The notes beneath the pieces are model-generated. The model was not told where the DNA came from. It saw only the letters and a list, made by a program, of their open reading frames with translations, and made no database searches. From NCBI RefSeq assembly GCF_963921235.1, contig NC_086097.1, positions 250,792,001-250,856,000 on the forward strand: a DNA stretch of 64,000 nucleotides, read 5' to 3'. A program made the position numbers and the translations under genes. Shown here in pieces: positions 26,482 through 39,320 of the stretch. Each line of letters begins with the position of its first letter. Position 1 is the stretch's first letter. Origin of the DNA: Mobula hypostoma. Lineage: Eukaryota.

Positions 26482-26759
26482 TTATAGCACAGAAAGATCG
26501 TGGCAAGATTTTGATCGAACTTTATAAGCCATCTTTTTATTGTTTTTTGCTACCAGTCTATCCAAAAAGCGCCGGGCCCTCCTCGGAAAGCTCTCCCGCC
26601 TTTTGTACTGGGCCATCCGCCGATCATTCACTTCCTTGCTGTCCCTCCGGAGTCTGACCTGCCGCACAATTCCTTCGAAGAGCTCCTGCACGTTATGCTG
26701 AACTGCAGCTGAGGTCTCGATGAACTTGCAGTCGAAAACAACGGCGCAGGATCGCCCCT
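26482..26759 (-). CDS. GEM: GEM last coding exon
   Basis: tctcttttcccatctgcag|AG GGG CGA encodes (E)GRSCAVVFDCKFIETSAAVQHNVQELFEGIVRQVRLRR...KSCHDLSVL*, with G5 ETSA and the RGK C-terminus. The spliced CDS totals 882 nt. Confidence 0.96.
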
Positions 26760-27285
26760 CTGCAGATGGGAAAAGAGATTGAAGCTACACATAACATGTC
26801 TTCTGAGCAGAGTCAATAAACACAGAACTGCAACAATATTTTAAGGAGGAAAGGTTGGGAAATTTCTGATCTTTGAATTTTCTTTTAGAGATACAGCACG
26901 ATAACAAATCCTTACAGCCCAGCGTGCCCACTCCACCAAATTACACCCATCTGACCGATGAACCTACTAACTGGTACGTCTTTGGACTGTGGGAGGAAAC
27001 CAGAGCACCTGGAGGAAACCCACGCAGTCACAGGGAGAACAAGTCACAGTACAAACCCCTTACTGGGAGTGGCGGGAATTGAACCGGAGCTGCTTACACT
27101 GTAAACCACACCCCCAGTTGTGACACAAGACGCTTATGACAGGTATTAATGAGGAAACAACACCTCAGATCATAAAGGATCCCACCAACCCTGCTCATGT
27201 ACTGTTTGTCCCGCTCCCATCAGGAAGGAGGCTACATAACACCCATGTCAGGACTGGAGCACTCTATTAGTGGGGGGGGGGTTTG

Positions 27286-27818
27286 ACCATGGATGCTGCC
27301 TTTGTGCAAGCCAAGGCTGTATGACATGGAGGGCAAGCTGTTACCTATGCAGCACGCTTCTCATCTGATCAGCCCAGAGGAACGTCAGAGACCAAAACAG
27401 TTTGGCACCAGCAGCTCAGCAGGAGATGCCAGTCAGCGTTGAACTCAACATCGGACTGCCTTAGAAACTCCAGCTCTGGATTTTTCCTCAGCGTTCACTC
27501 CTGAAGCCAACCCCGAGTGGGTATAGCTCCAAAGCAGCGGAGGTTTAAGATCAGAGTTTTCCCTCTCCTAGATGAGCTGCCGACCACTGCTGACAAATAC
27601 CATCTATCCAAAGCAAAAGGTCTTAAGGCAGCAGTAACCTGCCTTTACCCCTTCTCCTGTCAGTAGAAACGGTACCACTGGACTTGGTAACTAAGCCAGA
27701 TGTGAAGGCCAGGAGCTGGACAGCTGTCAGAGGCTATCTGAGATGCACATCATTGGGAGCGTTTAATAGGTAGTGGGAGCTCGTCCCCACTACCATCCCA
27801 GCTACAAGAACCTTAGGG
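27286..27818 (-). mobile_element. About 530-bp dispersed repeat in the last GEM intron, sense to GEM
   Basis: Reverse complement aligns along its length with 49665-50209. Confidence 0.75.
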
Positions 27819-27836
27819 AACCAAGGAGAAACATAC

Positions 27837-28041
27837 CTGCCACTGATACCTCCCGACATCGCACAAGATCACATTTATTCCCAACTAGTATAATTGGAAT
27901 ATCCTCAGCCTGCCGCGTCCTCCGGAGCTGAATACGAAGCTCAGACGCTTTCTCAAAACTTGCTCTGTCTGTGATGGAGTAGACGATGAGATAAGCGTCG
28001 CCAATCTGCATACAGTGATCCTGCACCCAGCTGTCTTCATC
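27837..28041 (-). CDS. GEM: GEM third coding exon (205 nt)
   Basis: cag|GAT GAA...DEDSWVQDHCMQIGDAYLIVYSITDRASFEKASELRIQLRR...ILVGNKCDLVRCREVSVA G|gtatg. Contains G4 NKxD. Confidence 0.96.
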
Positions 28042-28269
28042 CTGCCAAGCACAGATTGAGATGAGAAAAACCAAAATCAATCCTATTTCTGAACAGAAAA
28101 ACCATCATGTTCCATTTTACTTTACATCATGTTCAACTACAGTGCCATATGCCGGAGAAGATAACTGAATACTCAGTAGGAAAGTCCACAGAGCAGAAAC
28201 TGCATTAGTCTGATTTCAAACACAAGAGATTCTGCAGATGCTGGAAATCCACAGCAGCACACACAAAAT

Positions 28270-28975
28270 GGCGGCAGAGGTTTTTGCAGACCTGGGTGAA
28301 TTCTTACAGTACATCTGCAAAACAGTTTGATTTTCCTCTTTTAATGTCTCTTTTCCCCTTTTCAAAGTGGCTGGGATCCTGTCAGAGTCCGTGATCTACA
28401 GCTGCACTCAAACTGCAGCTCTTCACGGGCAGCGGGCTCCCGCTCTCAGGACTCGTCAGGCGGCCTGGCGTTTTTGATATCTCTGGGTGCAGCCTGGAAG
28501 AGGTGCACCTGCGGGGTGCAGCCCTGTGAATGACCTGGTTCCTCACCAGTGCTGCCAACTGACACATCAAGACAGCAGTGCATGTTGCTGTCGAAAGAAG
28601 ACCCTCGGACCCTGGGAGCTCGAACAAGCCATGCAGCAGATTGTAACATCGGAACAGCGAGCTGTTGGCCTCCCCCCTCGTTTGCTGCAGGAGTGATATC
28701 TCTTTCTACCTTGTTAGTGAGAGAGAGAGAGCCTGTGGGATGTTGAAATGTTGGGATGGACAGTAGTTCCTGATAGTCTCTAGATCGAGGTCGCTGGGAG
28801 CTTTGTTATTGCATGGAGCTGGAGCAAATGGGGGGAGTGGGGTCTTTAGGGTTCTAATTTTCTTCTGTCATTCATTCTTTGGGGATTTTCCTTCTGTTTT
28901 GTGGATGACTGTGAAGAGTAAGAATTTCAGGTTGCGTACTGTATACATTCTCTGATATTAAACTGGACCATTGAC
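28270..28975 (+). mobile_element. Non-coding interspersed repeat with LINE-like tail
   Basis: Starts AAAATGGCGG; ends ...actgtatacattctctgatattaaac, resembling the tail near 680-710. Confidence 0.4.
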
Positions 28976-31417
28976 ATGACTTGCTGGAGGAACTCAGCAG
29001 GTTAGCCAGCATCTTGGAGAGGAATAAACGGTCAACATTTTGGACTAAAATCCTTCAACAGGATCATCTGCATCTGCAGCATGTAAACACAAGAGATTCT
29101 GCAGATGCTGGAAATCCAGAGCAACCCACACAAAATGCTGGAGGAACTCAGCAGGTCAGGCAGCATCTATGGAGAGGAGTAAAGAGTCAACAATTCAGCC
29201 AAGACCATTCTTCAGGACCGGTTTTGAAGCTACCGAAGGTTCACACCAACAAATTTCAACAAGTTCATTCCAACATCCACGCACAATTCCAGTATGCAAT
29301 TTCTTAAATGATCACTCCGGGTCCCACACAGTGCAAAACTATATTACACAGTACAGTTTACAGGCTTGTCTTCTTTTATTTTGGGCCCCTTACCTAAGAA
29401 AGGAAATGCTAGCACCTCACCTGCCCACCTCCTTCCTTTTTCCTATGGTCCACTATCCTCTCCCGTCAAATTCTTTCTTCTTCAGCACTTTACCTCTTTC
29501 CCTGTCACCTCCAGCTTCTTATTTCATTCCCCTTCCCCAACCCACCCATCTTCCCCCTCACCTGGTATCGCCTCTCACTAGCTAGTTTGTACTTCCTCCC
29601 TTCCCCCACCTTCTTATTCTGGCTTCTTCCCTCTTCATTTCCAGTACTGGTGAAGATCTGAGATGTTGACTGTTTATTCATTTCCATAGATGCTGCCTGA
29701 CCTGCTGAGTTCCTCCAGCATTTTGTGTGTGTTGCTCTTGGACTGATTTACTCAATTAATCTTTTCCATTGTAAAAATTCATAAAACTCTTCGACTCTCC
29801 CACTTTCTTATTCTAGCGTCTTCTCCCATCCTTTCCAGTTCTGACGAAGAGCCTCAAACTGAAACATCGATTGTTGAAGGATGTTTCCTTTGGTGGGTCA
29901 GTCTAAGACCAGAGGAGACAGCCTCAGAATAGAGGGGGGTCCTTTTAGAACGGAGATGAGGAGGAACTTTAACCAGAGAGTGGTGAATCTGTGGAATTTA
30001 TTGCCACAGGCAGCTGTGGAGGCCACATCTTTATGTATATTTAAGGCTGAGGTTGATAGATTCTTGATTGCTCAGGGCATGAAGGGATATGGGGAGAAGG
30101 CAGGAGATTGGGGCTGAGGGGGAAATGGATCAGCCATGATGAAATGGTGGAGCAAACCCAATGGGTCAAATGGCCTAATTCTGCTCCTATAGCTTATGGT
30201 CTTAGCTATTTCCCCTCTATAGATGCTGCCTGACCTGCTGAGTTCTTCCAGCATTTGTGTGCGTTGGTCTGGATTTCCAGAATGTCTTATGTTTAAACTC
30301 CTGGTGTAAACTTTGTAAAAGAGAATGTGGTGAATAAACTCTTCCCAGGCTTCCAGCCAGGCACAGGTATCAATTGTAACCATTTTGAAGACAAATTCTG
30401 CCATTTTCTTGGCAGAACTGTACTGTTTTCCATCGATGATGCCTGGCCTGCTAAGTTTCTCCAGCATTTTGTGTGTGTTGCTTGGATTTCCAGCATCTGC
30501 AGATTTTCTCTTGCTTGTGATTGGAGTACATAGATTGATAATTTGTTGATGAAGTCAAAGACAATAGGAACATAAGTTGTAAGTGTGACATAAAATCTAC
30601 CACGAGATGCAAATAGACTGAGTAGGTGAAGATCTAATGCAAAGATTCCAATAGGGGAAAATGGGAAAATATCAATTTTGATATTTAAATGGTAAAGATT
30701 ACAATTCACTGGCGTGCATGGGGTCTGGAATCCACATAAACACAAGAGATTGTGCAGGTGCTGGAAATCCAGAGCAATGCATACGAAATGCTAGAGGCAC
30801 TCGGGTCAGACAGCATCTCATCCGTGGGAATGAATAAACAGTCGGCGTTTGGGGCCGAGACCCTTCATCAGGACAGGACAGGAAGGGGGAAGAGGCCAGA
30901 ATAAGAGAAGATTCGCTGTTCAATTTCCCAACCTAGACAAGATCTTTTAACATTGTGGGGACCTTTTTTGAATTATTTTCATAGCCTTTGATTTGCTATT
31001 AAGCACAGATGTTGGCAAATAATATGTTCTACTATACGTTAAGGATCTTTCCCTTTTCTTTTTTTTTTAACCTAACAGCTGTTTTTTCTGGTACTGGATT
31101 TAGATTTTTTTTGTAATAATATAATTATCTCTTTTCAATATTATGTTTAATTTTAATTTTATATGGATATGGGATAATTACACCTTATCTGTGATTTCAT
31201 TATATTATAATTGATATATAATATATTCTACTATGTATTCTTTTATGTAAGAAATTAATAAGAATATTGGAAAAGAAAGTGGGAGAAGGAGATGGGAGGA
31301 GGGGAACCAGAGGGAGCTGGTGGGCAGGTGAGGAGACGAGGCGGTGTAAGAGAGGAGCCAGAACGGGGAATGGGAAACGACCGAAGGGGAGAAGGAAGAA
31401 AACACCAGAAGTTAGAG

Positions 31418-31497
31418 CAGGGGTTCCCAACCTGGGGTCCATGGACCCCTCGGTTAACGGCAGGGGTCCATGACATAAAAAAGGCTTGGAACCCCTG
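31418..31497. mobile_element. 80-bp hAT-type MITE
   Basis: TIRs CAGGGGTTCC...GGAACCCCTG; perfect 8-bp TSD AGTTAGAG at 31410-31417 and 31498-31505. Confidence 0.9.
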
Positions 31498-31619
31498 AGT
31501 TAGAGAAATTGGTGCTCATGCTGTCTGATTGGAGGCTATCTAAATATTACACGAGGTGTTACTCTGGAATCCACATGCACGACTCCCAGAGAGCTGGAAT
31601 TTAGAAGGGGTAAAATAAT

Positions 31620-32211
31620 TGGACCAAAGAGCTGACTGCGGACTTCAGGAAAGGTAAGACAAGGGAACACACCAGTCCTCATAGAGGGATCAGAAGTGGA
31701 GACAGTGACAGTCAATTTCCTGTGTCAATATCTCTGAGGATCTCGACTGGACCCAACATATTGATGCAGCTACAAAGGCGGCACAACAGGGTATATTTCA
31801 TTAGGAGTTTGAGAAGATTTGGTATGTCATCAAAGACACCTGCAAATTTCCACAGATGTACTGTGAAGAGCATTCTAACTGGGGCATCGCTGTCTGGAGT
31901 GGGGAGGAGGGGACTACTGCACAGAACCAAAGTAAGCTGCAGAAAGTTGTAAACTTAGTTAGCTCCATCGTGGGCACCAGATTCCGTCATATCCAGGACA
32001 TCTTCAAGGAGTGATGCCATCATTAGGGACCCCCATCACCCAGGTCATGCCTTGTTCTCATGAGTACCATCAGGGAGGAGGTACAAGAGTCTGAAGGCAC
32101 ACACTCAACAATTCTGGAACAGCTTCTGCCATCTGATTTCTAAACAGACATTGAACCCATGAACACCGCCTCACCATTTTTTAATTTCTATTTTTGCACT
32201 ATTTATTTAAC

Positions 32212-32245
<34 letters not shown>

Positions 32246-32360
32246 TACTGTAATTTGCATTTTTTCTCTAGAATTATGCATTGAACGTACTGCTGCTTGC
32301 AAAGACAAATTTCACAACATATGCGGGTGATATTAAGTATGATTCTGACTCCGATTCTGA
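31620..32360 (+). mobile_element. Rex1/Babar LINE 3' fragment
   Basis: TKELT.DFRK...YFIRSLRRFGMS..NFHRCTVKSILTG; (GATTCT)-type tail. Confidence 0.75.
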
Positions 32361-32596
32361 CATAGAGGCTCCTGACTCTTCAGGAATCTTAAAGACTGGA
32401 CTAAATATGAAAGATTAGTTTTATTTCTCATGTGTCAATCGGCAGCACTGTCCAAAGATGTGCTGGGGGCAGCCCACAAGCGCAGCCACGCTCCCTTTGT
32501 CAAAATGGCAAGCCCACAGCTCACTAACCCTCCCCGTACATGTTAAGACTGTGGGAGGAAACTGAAGCATCCGGAGGAAACCCACACTTTCACACA

Positions 32597-34915
32597 AGAC
32601 CATAAGACATAGGAGCAGAAGTAGGCCATTCGGCCCATCGAGTCTGCTCCACCATTCAATCATGGGCTGATCCAATTCTTCCAGTCATCTCCACTCCTCT
32701 GCCTTCTCCCCATACCCTTTGATGCCCTGGCTAATCAAGAACCTATCTATCTCTGCCTCAAATACACCCAATGACTTGGCCTCCACAGCTGCTCGTGGCA
32801 ACAAGTTCCACAGATTTACCAGCCTCTAACTAAAGCAATTTCTCCGCATCTCAGTTCTAAGTGGACGTCCTTCAATCCTGAAGTCATGCCCTCTTGTCCT
32901 AGCATCCCCTACCATGGGGAATAACTTTGCCATATCTAATCTGTTCAGGCCTTTTAACATTCTGAATGTTTCTATGAGATTCCCCCCTCATTCTCCTGAA
33001 CTCCAGGGAAGACAGACCAAAAGCTGCCAGACGTTTCTCATCATCCTGGTGAATCTTCTCTGAACCCTCTCCAATGTCAGCATATCCTTTCTAAAAAAAG
33101 GAGCCCCAAACTGCACACAATACTCCAAGAGTGGTCTCACGTGTGCCTATAGAGCCTCAACATCACATCCCTGCTCTTATATTCTATACCTCTAGAAATG
33201 AATGCTAACATTGCATTCACCTTCTGCACAACCAGCTCAACCTAGAGGTTAACCTTTAGGGTATCCTGCACGAGGACTCCCAAGTCCCTTTGCATCTCTA
33301 CATTTTGAATTCTCTCCCCATCTAAATAATAGTCTGCCTGTTTATTTCTTCCACCAAAGTGCATGACCATACACTTTCCAAAATTGTATTTCATTTGCCA
33401 CTTCTTTGCCCATTCCCCTAAACTATCGAAGTCTCACTGCGGGCTCTCTGTTTCCTCAACACTACCCACCTATCTTGGTATCATTGGCAAATTAAGCTAC
33501 AAATTCATTAATCCCATAGTCCAAATCATTGACATACATCGTAAAAAGCAGCGGTTCCAACACGGACCCCTGTGGAACTCCAGTGCTAACCGGCAGCCAG
33601 CCAGAATAGGATCCCTTTATTCCCACTCTCTGTTTTCTGCCGACCAGCCAATGCTCCACCCATGCTAGAATCTCCCCTGTAATTCCATGGGCTCTTATCT
33701 TGCTAAGCGGCCTCATGTGTGGCACCTTGTCAAAGGCCTTCTGAAAATCCAAGTACACTACATTTACTGCATCTTTTTTGTCTACCCTGCTTGTAATTTC
33801 CTCAAAAAAATTTAAGTAGGTTAGTCAGGCAGGATTTTTCTTTCAGGAAACCATGTTGGCTTTGACCTGTCTTGTCATGTGCCTCCAGGTACTCCGTAAT
33901 TTCATCCCTAACAATTGATTTCAACAACTTCCCAACCAATGATGTCAGGCTAACAGATCTATAGTTTCCTTTCTGCTGCCTCTCATCCTTCTTAAATAGT
34001 GCAATAACATCTGTAATTTTCCAGTCATCCGGTACAATGCCAGAATCTATCGATTCTAGAAAAATCATTGTTAGTGGCTCCGCAATCTCTCCAGCTACTT
34101 CCTTCAGAACCCGAGGGTACATTCCATCAGGCCCAGGAGATTTATCCATCCTCAGACCATTAAGCTTCCTGAGCACTTTCTCAGTCGTAATTTTCACTTT
34201 CCTAACACTCTTGAATGTTCAGTATACTGCAGATGTCTTCCACTGTGAGGACTGATGCAAAATGCACATTCAATTCCTCTGCCATCTCTGCGTCTCTCAT
34301 TACAATATCTCCAGCATCATTTTCTATTGGTCCTATATCTACCCTCAACTCTCTTTTACCCTTTATATACTTAAAAAAACTTTTAGTATCTTCTTTGATA
34401 TTCGTCACCAGCTTCCTTTCATAATTCATCTTTTCCTTCCTAATGACCTTCTTAGTTTCCTTCTGCAAGTTTTTAAAAGCTCCCCAATCCTCCATCTTCC
34501 CACTAGCTTTGACTTCCTTGTATGCTCTCTCTTTTGCTTTTACTTTGGCTCTTACACCTCTTGTCAGCCACAGTAGTGTCCTTCTTCCATATGAAGATTA
34601 TTGGGAATACATCTGTCTTGCACTTCCCTCATTTTTCGCAGAAACTCCAGCTATTGCTGCTCTGCTGTCCTTCCTGCAAATGTCCCTTCCCAGTCAACCT
34701 TGGCCAGTTCCCCTCTCATGCCATTGTAATTTCCTTTATTCCACTGAAATATCGACACATTGGATTTTACCTTTTCCTTCTCAAGTTTCAAAGTGAACTC
34801 TATCATATTGTGATCACTGTTCCCTAAGGGTTCCTTAACTTTAAGCTCTCTTATCACCTCCGGATCATTGCACAACACTGAATCCAGCATAGCCAATCCC
34901 CCAGTGGGCTCAACA
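32597..34915 (-). mobile_element. CR1 LINE (endonuclease end, RT and 3' UTR)
   Basis: EPLGNSDHN...KSPGPDG..NYRSVSLTS..SCLTNL / YLDFQKAFDKVPH..GVPQGSVL. Confidence 0.92.
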
Positions 34916-36034
34916 TACAAGCTCGTTACAGACAGCAGCAGGAATTGAACCCGGGTTACTGCGCTGTAATAGTGTTACACTAACCACTATGCTACTGTGC
35001 TGAACATCCTTCCCTTCAAAGGGCAGTGAGGCAAAGCGTCTGAATATTTAAAAGCTGTCACAGTCACATTCTGGCTGAGGAAGTGGAAGACACATTGTTG
35101 GGATCACGATGTTGTGCCAATTTTTTAACCTACTCTAAGATCAATCTAACTCTTCCCTCACACATAGTTCCCCATTTTTATATCATCCATGTGCCTATCT
35201 ACGAGTTTCTTAAGTGCCCCTAATGTATCTGCCTCTATCATCATTGCTGTCTTCCACATACCCACCACTCTCTGTAAAAACCTCACCTCCAATCACCTTA
35301 AAATTGTGCCCTCTCATACTGGCCATTTGCACCCTGGGAAAAGGTCACTGGCTGTCCACTCTATCTATGCCACTTATCATCTTGTACACCTCTGTTGAGT
35401 TACTTCTCATCCTCCTTTGCTCCAAAGAGAAAAGTCCTCAACCTATCCATATAAGACAGGCAGCATCCTGGTAAATCTTCTCTGCACCCTCACAGAAACT
35501 TCCATATGAGGCAACCAGAACTGAGCACAATAACCCAAGTCCACTCCATCTCGGCCTCCTGTCATTCTGCACATCTCTATCTCCCAAACTGCTGTTGCGT
35601 TTGTTCTCCTGATGTAAAACCATTGCGTGTTCAGAAGCCTCAGCCCAGAGTTGCAGCCTCCTCGTTCACAGCCATTGAGGAAGTTAAGATGCAGCCAGCA
35701 CGTGAATCAGGGAAAAAGATATGGGAAAGAACAAAAGTACAGAGAGGAAGTTGATGATATCCAAAGCGGGCAAAGAGAAAAAAGGGAGGGGAAATAAGAA
35801 AAACACGAGAAGATCAGTGTGATTGACAGCAAGGAGGAAAGCTAGAGGCAGCAGGAAGATAAACGATAATCTGGGCAACTGAGAAGGAAAATAACAAATG
35901 AAATCAAACCAGCGCAGTGTGAGGTAACACACTTGGGAAGGCAGGGGCACTCAAGCAAGAGAGTACCTAATATATACACTGAAGATGCTGGAAATTGAAA
36001 TGAAAACAGAGAACGTCATAGAGTCGTAGGTTAT

Positions 36035-36630
36035 TGATCCTGGGGGAAATTGGTTTTCATTACAGTTGCACCAAGGATAGAGTATAAATATAGCCATATA
36101 AAACCATAAATAATTAAATAGTTATATGTAAATTATGCCAGGAAATAAGTCCAGGACCAGCCTATCGGCTCAGGGTGTCTGACCCTCCAAGGGAGGAGTT
36201 GTAAAGTTTGATGGCCACAGGCAGGAATTACTTCCTATGATGCTCTGTGTTGCATCTCGGAGGAATGAGTCTCTGGCTGAATGTACTCCTGTGCCCACCC
36301 AGTACATTATGTAGTGGATGGGAGACATTGTCCAAGATGGCATGCAACTTAGACAGCATCCTCTTTTCAGACACCACCATCAGAGAGTCCAGTTCCATCC
36401 CCACAACATCACTGGCCTTACGAATGAGTTTGTTGATTCTGTTGGTGTCTGCTACCCTCAGCCTGCTGCCCCAGCACACAACAGCAAACATGATTGCACT
36501 GGCCACCACAGACTCGTAGAACATCCTCAGCATCGTCCGGCAGATGTTAAAGGACCTCAGTCTCCTCAGGAAATAGAGACGGCTCTGACCCTTCTTGTAG
36601 ACAGCCTCAGTGTTCTTTGACCAGTCCAGT
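36035..36630 (-). mobile_element. Rex1/Babar LINE 3' end (young subfamily)
   Basis: KKGQSRLYFLRRLRSFNICRTMLRMFYESVVASAI...; near-identical to 41118-41660. Confidence 0.85.
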
Positions 36631-36869
36631 GTATGAAGCACTCCGGAGGTCAGAGCGCGAGTTAACATTTCAGGTCTGTGCTGATGAAGGGCCATATCTC
36701 ATATGCAAAGTGGCAATTCCAGACCAAACCTGTTCCACTGAAGGATGCCCGACAGCTGTGGCAGGGTTTGATTGCTATCACCTCCTACAAAGTGAAACCT
36801 AGTTGAGCTCAATGCCTTTTATACTCGCTTTGACAATCAAAACGTGGAGGTGCCCTCACAAACTCTCAC

Positions 36870-37780
36870 ATGTGAATGATTGAAAATCTGGTTGAATCGT
36901 GCTACCACAACCTCTCACGCATTGTCTGCAAGACCAAGGAAATGATTATTGACTTCGGGAGGAGAAAACCAGAAGTCCATGAGCCAGACTTCATTGAGAG
37001 ATCAGAGGAGCAGAGAGTAAGCAACTTTAAATTCCTCCAGAGGATCTGTCCTGGGTCCAGCAGGTAAATACCATTATGAAGAAAGCACCACAGCGCCTGT
37101 AATTTCTTGTAAGTTTGTGAAGGTTCAGCATGCCATCTAAAACTTTGACAAATTTCTTTAGACAGGTGGTGGAGAGAATATTGACTGGCTGCATCATGGA
37201 CAGGTATGGAAACACCAATGCCCTTGTATGGGAAAGCCTGTAAAAAGAAGTGGATACAGTAGAGGTAAAGCCCTCCCCACTATTGAACACGTCTACACGG
37301 AGCGCTGTCACAGGAAAGCAGCATCCATTGTCAAGGACCTCCACCGTCCAGCCCATGCTCTGCCATTGAAAGGAGGTACAGGAGCCTCAGGACCCACACC
37401 ACCAGGTTCAGAAACAGTTATTACTCTTCAACCATCAGTATTCTGAACCAGAGGGGACAACTTCACTCAACTTCACTCACCCCAACACTGAACATTTCTC
37501 ACCGAACTGGACTCACTTTCAAGGACTCTTCATCTGACGTTCTCAATATTTTATGCATATTTATTTATTATGATTATTATTATTTCTTATTTTTTTCCTC
37601 TTTCTTTTTGTATTTGCAGAGTTTGGATTTTTTTGAAGATTGGTTGTTTGTCCTTCCCATTCCGTTCGGTCTTTCATTAATTCTATTGTGTTTCTTGCAT
37701 TTTCTGAGATTGCCTGCAATCTGGCAGTTGTATACGGTGACATATATGAACTTTGATAATAAATTAGCTTTGAACTTTGT
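36870..37780 (+). mobile_element. Rex1/Babar LINE 3' fragment
   Basis: KTKEMIIDF...FKFL; tail ataaattagctttgaacttt. Confidence 0.7.
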
Positions 37781-38176
37781 CAGCTCAAGCTGTAAGATTG
37801 AAGTTCCATTCCCGCTGCTGTCTGTCAGGAGTTTGCAGGTTCTCCACATGGACACGTGGGTTTCCTCCGGGTGCTCCTGTTTCCTCCCACATTCCAGAGA
37901 TGTACACATTAGGGTTAGTAAGTTGTGAGCATGGCAACACTTGCAGCCTGCCCCCAGCACAATCTTCGCTGATTTGAGTCGATGCAACAGCACATTCACA
38001 GTATGTTTTGATATACAAGTGACAAATAAAGATAATCTTTAATCTTTAAGGTCCTGTGATCTGAAGCATCATATTTGCTGAAAGGATTCTGAGAGGCACG
38101 ACAGAATAGAAGATGTGTACATCCATAAATCCCTTATGGGCCAGTCAATAAACAGAGTCACAGGCATCAGGGATAC

Positions 38177-38520
38177 GTTCATTATGAGCCGTGTCGTATA
38201 ATGTGGGCAGTTATGGTCTTTCCATGACCGTGAGTATTCTTGCCAAATTTTTCTACAGAAGAGCCTTCTTCTGGGCGGTGTCGTTACAAGATGGGTGACC
38301 CCAGCAATTATCAATACTCTTCAGAGATTGTCTGCCTGGCGTCAGTGGTCACATAACCAGGACTTGTGATATGCACCAATTGCTCCCATGACTTCACATG
38401 ACCCTGATCAGGGGGCTAAGCAGGTGCTATACCTTGGCCAAGGGTGACCTGCAGATTAGTGGAGGGTAGGAGCACCTCACACCCCCTGTGGTAGAGACAT
38501 ATCTCTACTCCACCACCCAA
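38177..38520 (-). mobile_element. SINE-like element with RTE-type tail
   Basis: Reverse complement matches 38921-39320 and 57843-58217. Confidence 0.75.
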
Positions 38521-38920
38521 TGCATCAGGGGCAACTATCGCTCACACTGCTGGCAGCACAAGCAAGATTGGAGCTGGTGTTTGGCGTACATTTCTGATTG
38601 TGTCATTAAAAAATGTGACACCAGAGGGAAAGATGCAGAGGAACCTTCTGAGGATGTTGCCAGCACTAGAAATGGAGTATAGGCTGAATGGCCCAAGTCT
38701 GCTCTTATGGAAAATGATAAAGATTAACAACTGGTTCTATTTGTCACATGTACATTGAAACATTAGCATCTGACTCAGGCAGGTCTGCAGATGTTAGGCG
38801 GTACAAAAGCCATTTCATGCAACCTTGCAGCAATAAAACAGTGAAACTACAGTAAAAGTGAATCCATAAAGCTCGCAAAGATTAGATAAATTTGTCACGT
38901 GTACATCTAAAAGTGACAAA

Positions 38921-39320
38921 TTGGGTGGTGAGGTGGAGATACACCTCTACCAAAGGAGGTGTAAAATGCTCCTTCTCTCCTCTAGCCTGTAGGTCACCCT
39001 TGGGCAAGGGGTAGCATCTGTTTAGCACCCCGCCTCCCCGATCAGGGTCACATGAAGCCATGGGAGCAGGTGGTGCATGGTCGTATGAGCAGTTGGTGCA
39101 CATCAATCACAAATCCTAGTTATGTGACCACTGACGCCAGGCAGACAATCTCTGAAGAGTACTGATAATGGTTGGGATCACCCGTCTTGTAAAGACACTG
39201 CCCAGAAGGAGGCAATGACAAACCACTTCTGCAGAAAAATTTGTCAAGAACAATCATGGTAATTGAAAGACCATGATTGCCATGGCATACAACACAGCAC
39301 ATAACGGACAAATGAACGAA
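38921..39320 (+). mobile_element. SINE-like element with RTE-type tail
   Basis: Same family as 38177-38520, in inverted orientation. Confidence 0.75.

Noticed and set aside
28042..28080. MILVFLISICAWQ as a signal peptide
   Set aside because: It is the intronic polypyrimidine/acceptor region before the GEM exon.
39148..39175. CTGAAGA in the RTE-tail SINE as a hammerhead core
   Set aside because: No stem II-GAAA partner visible.
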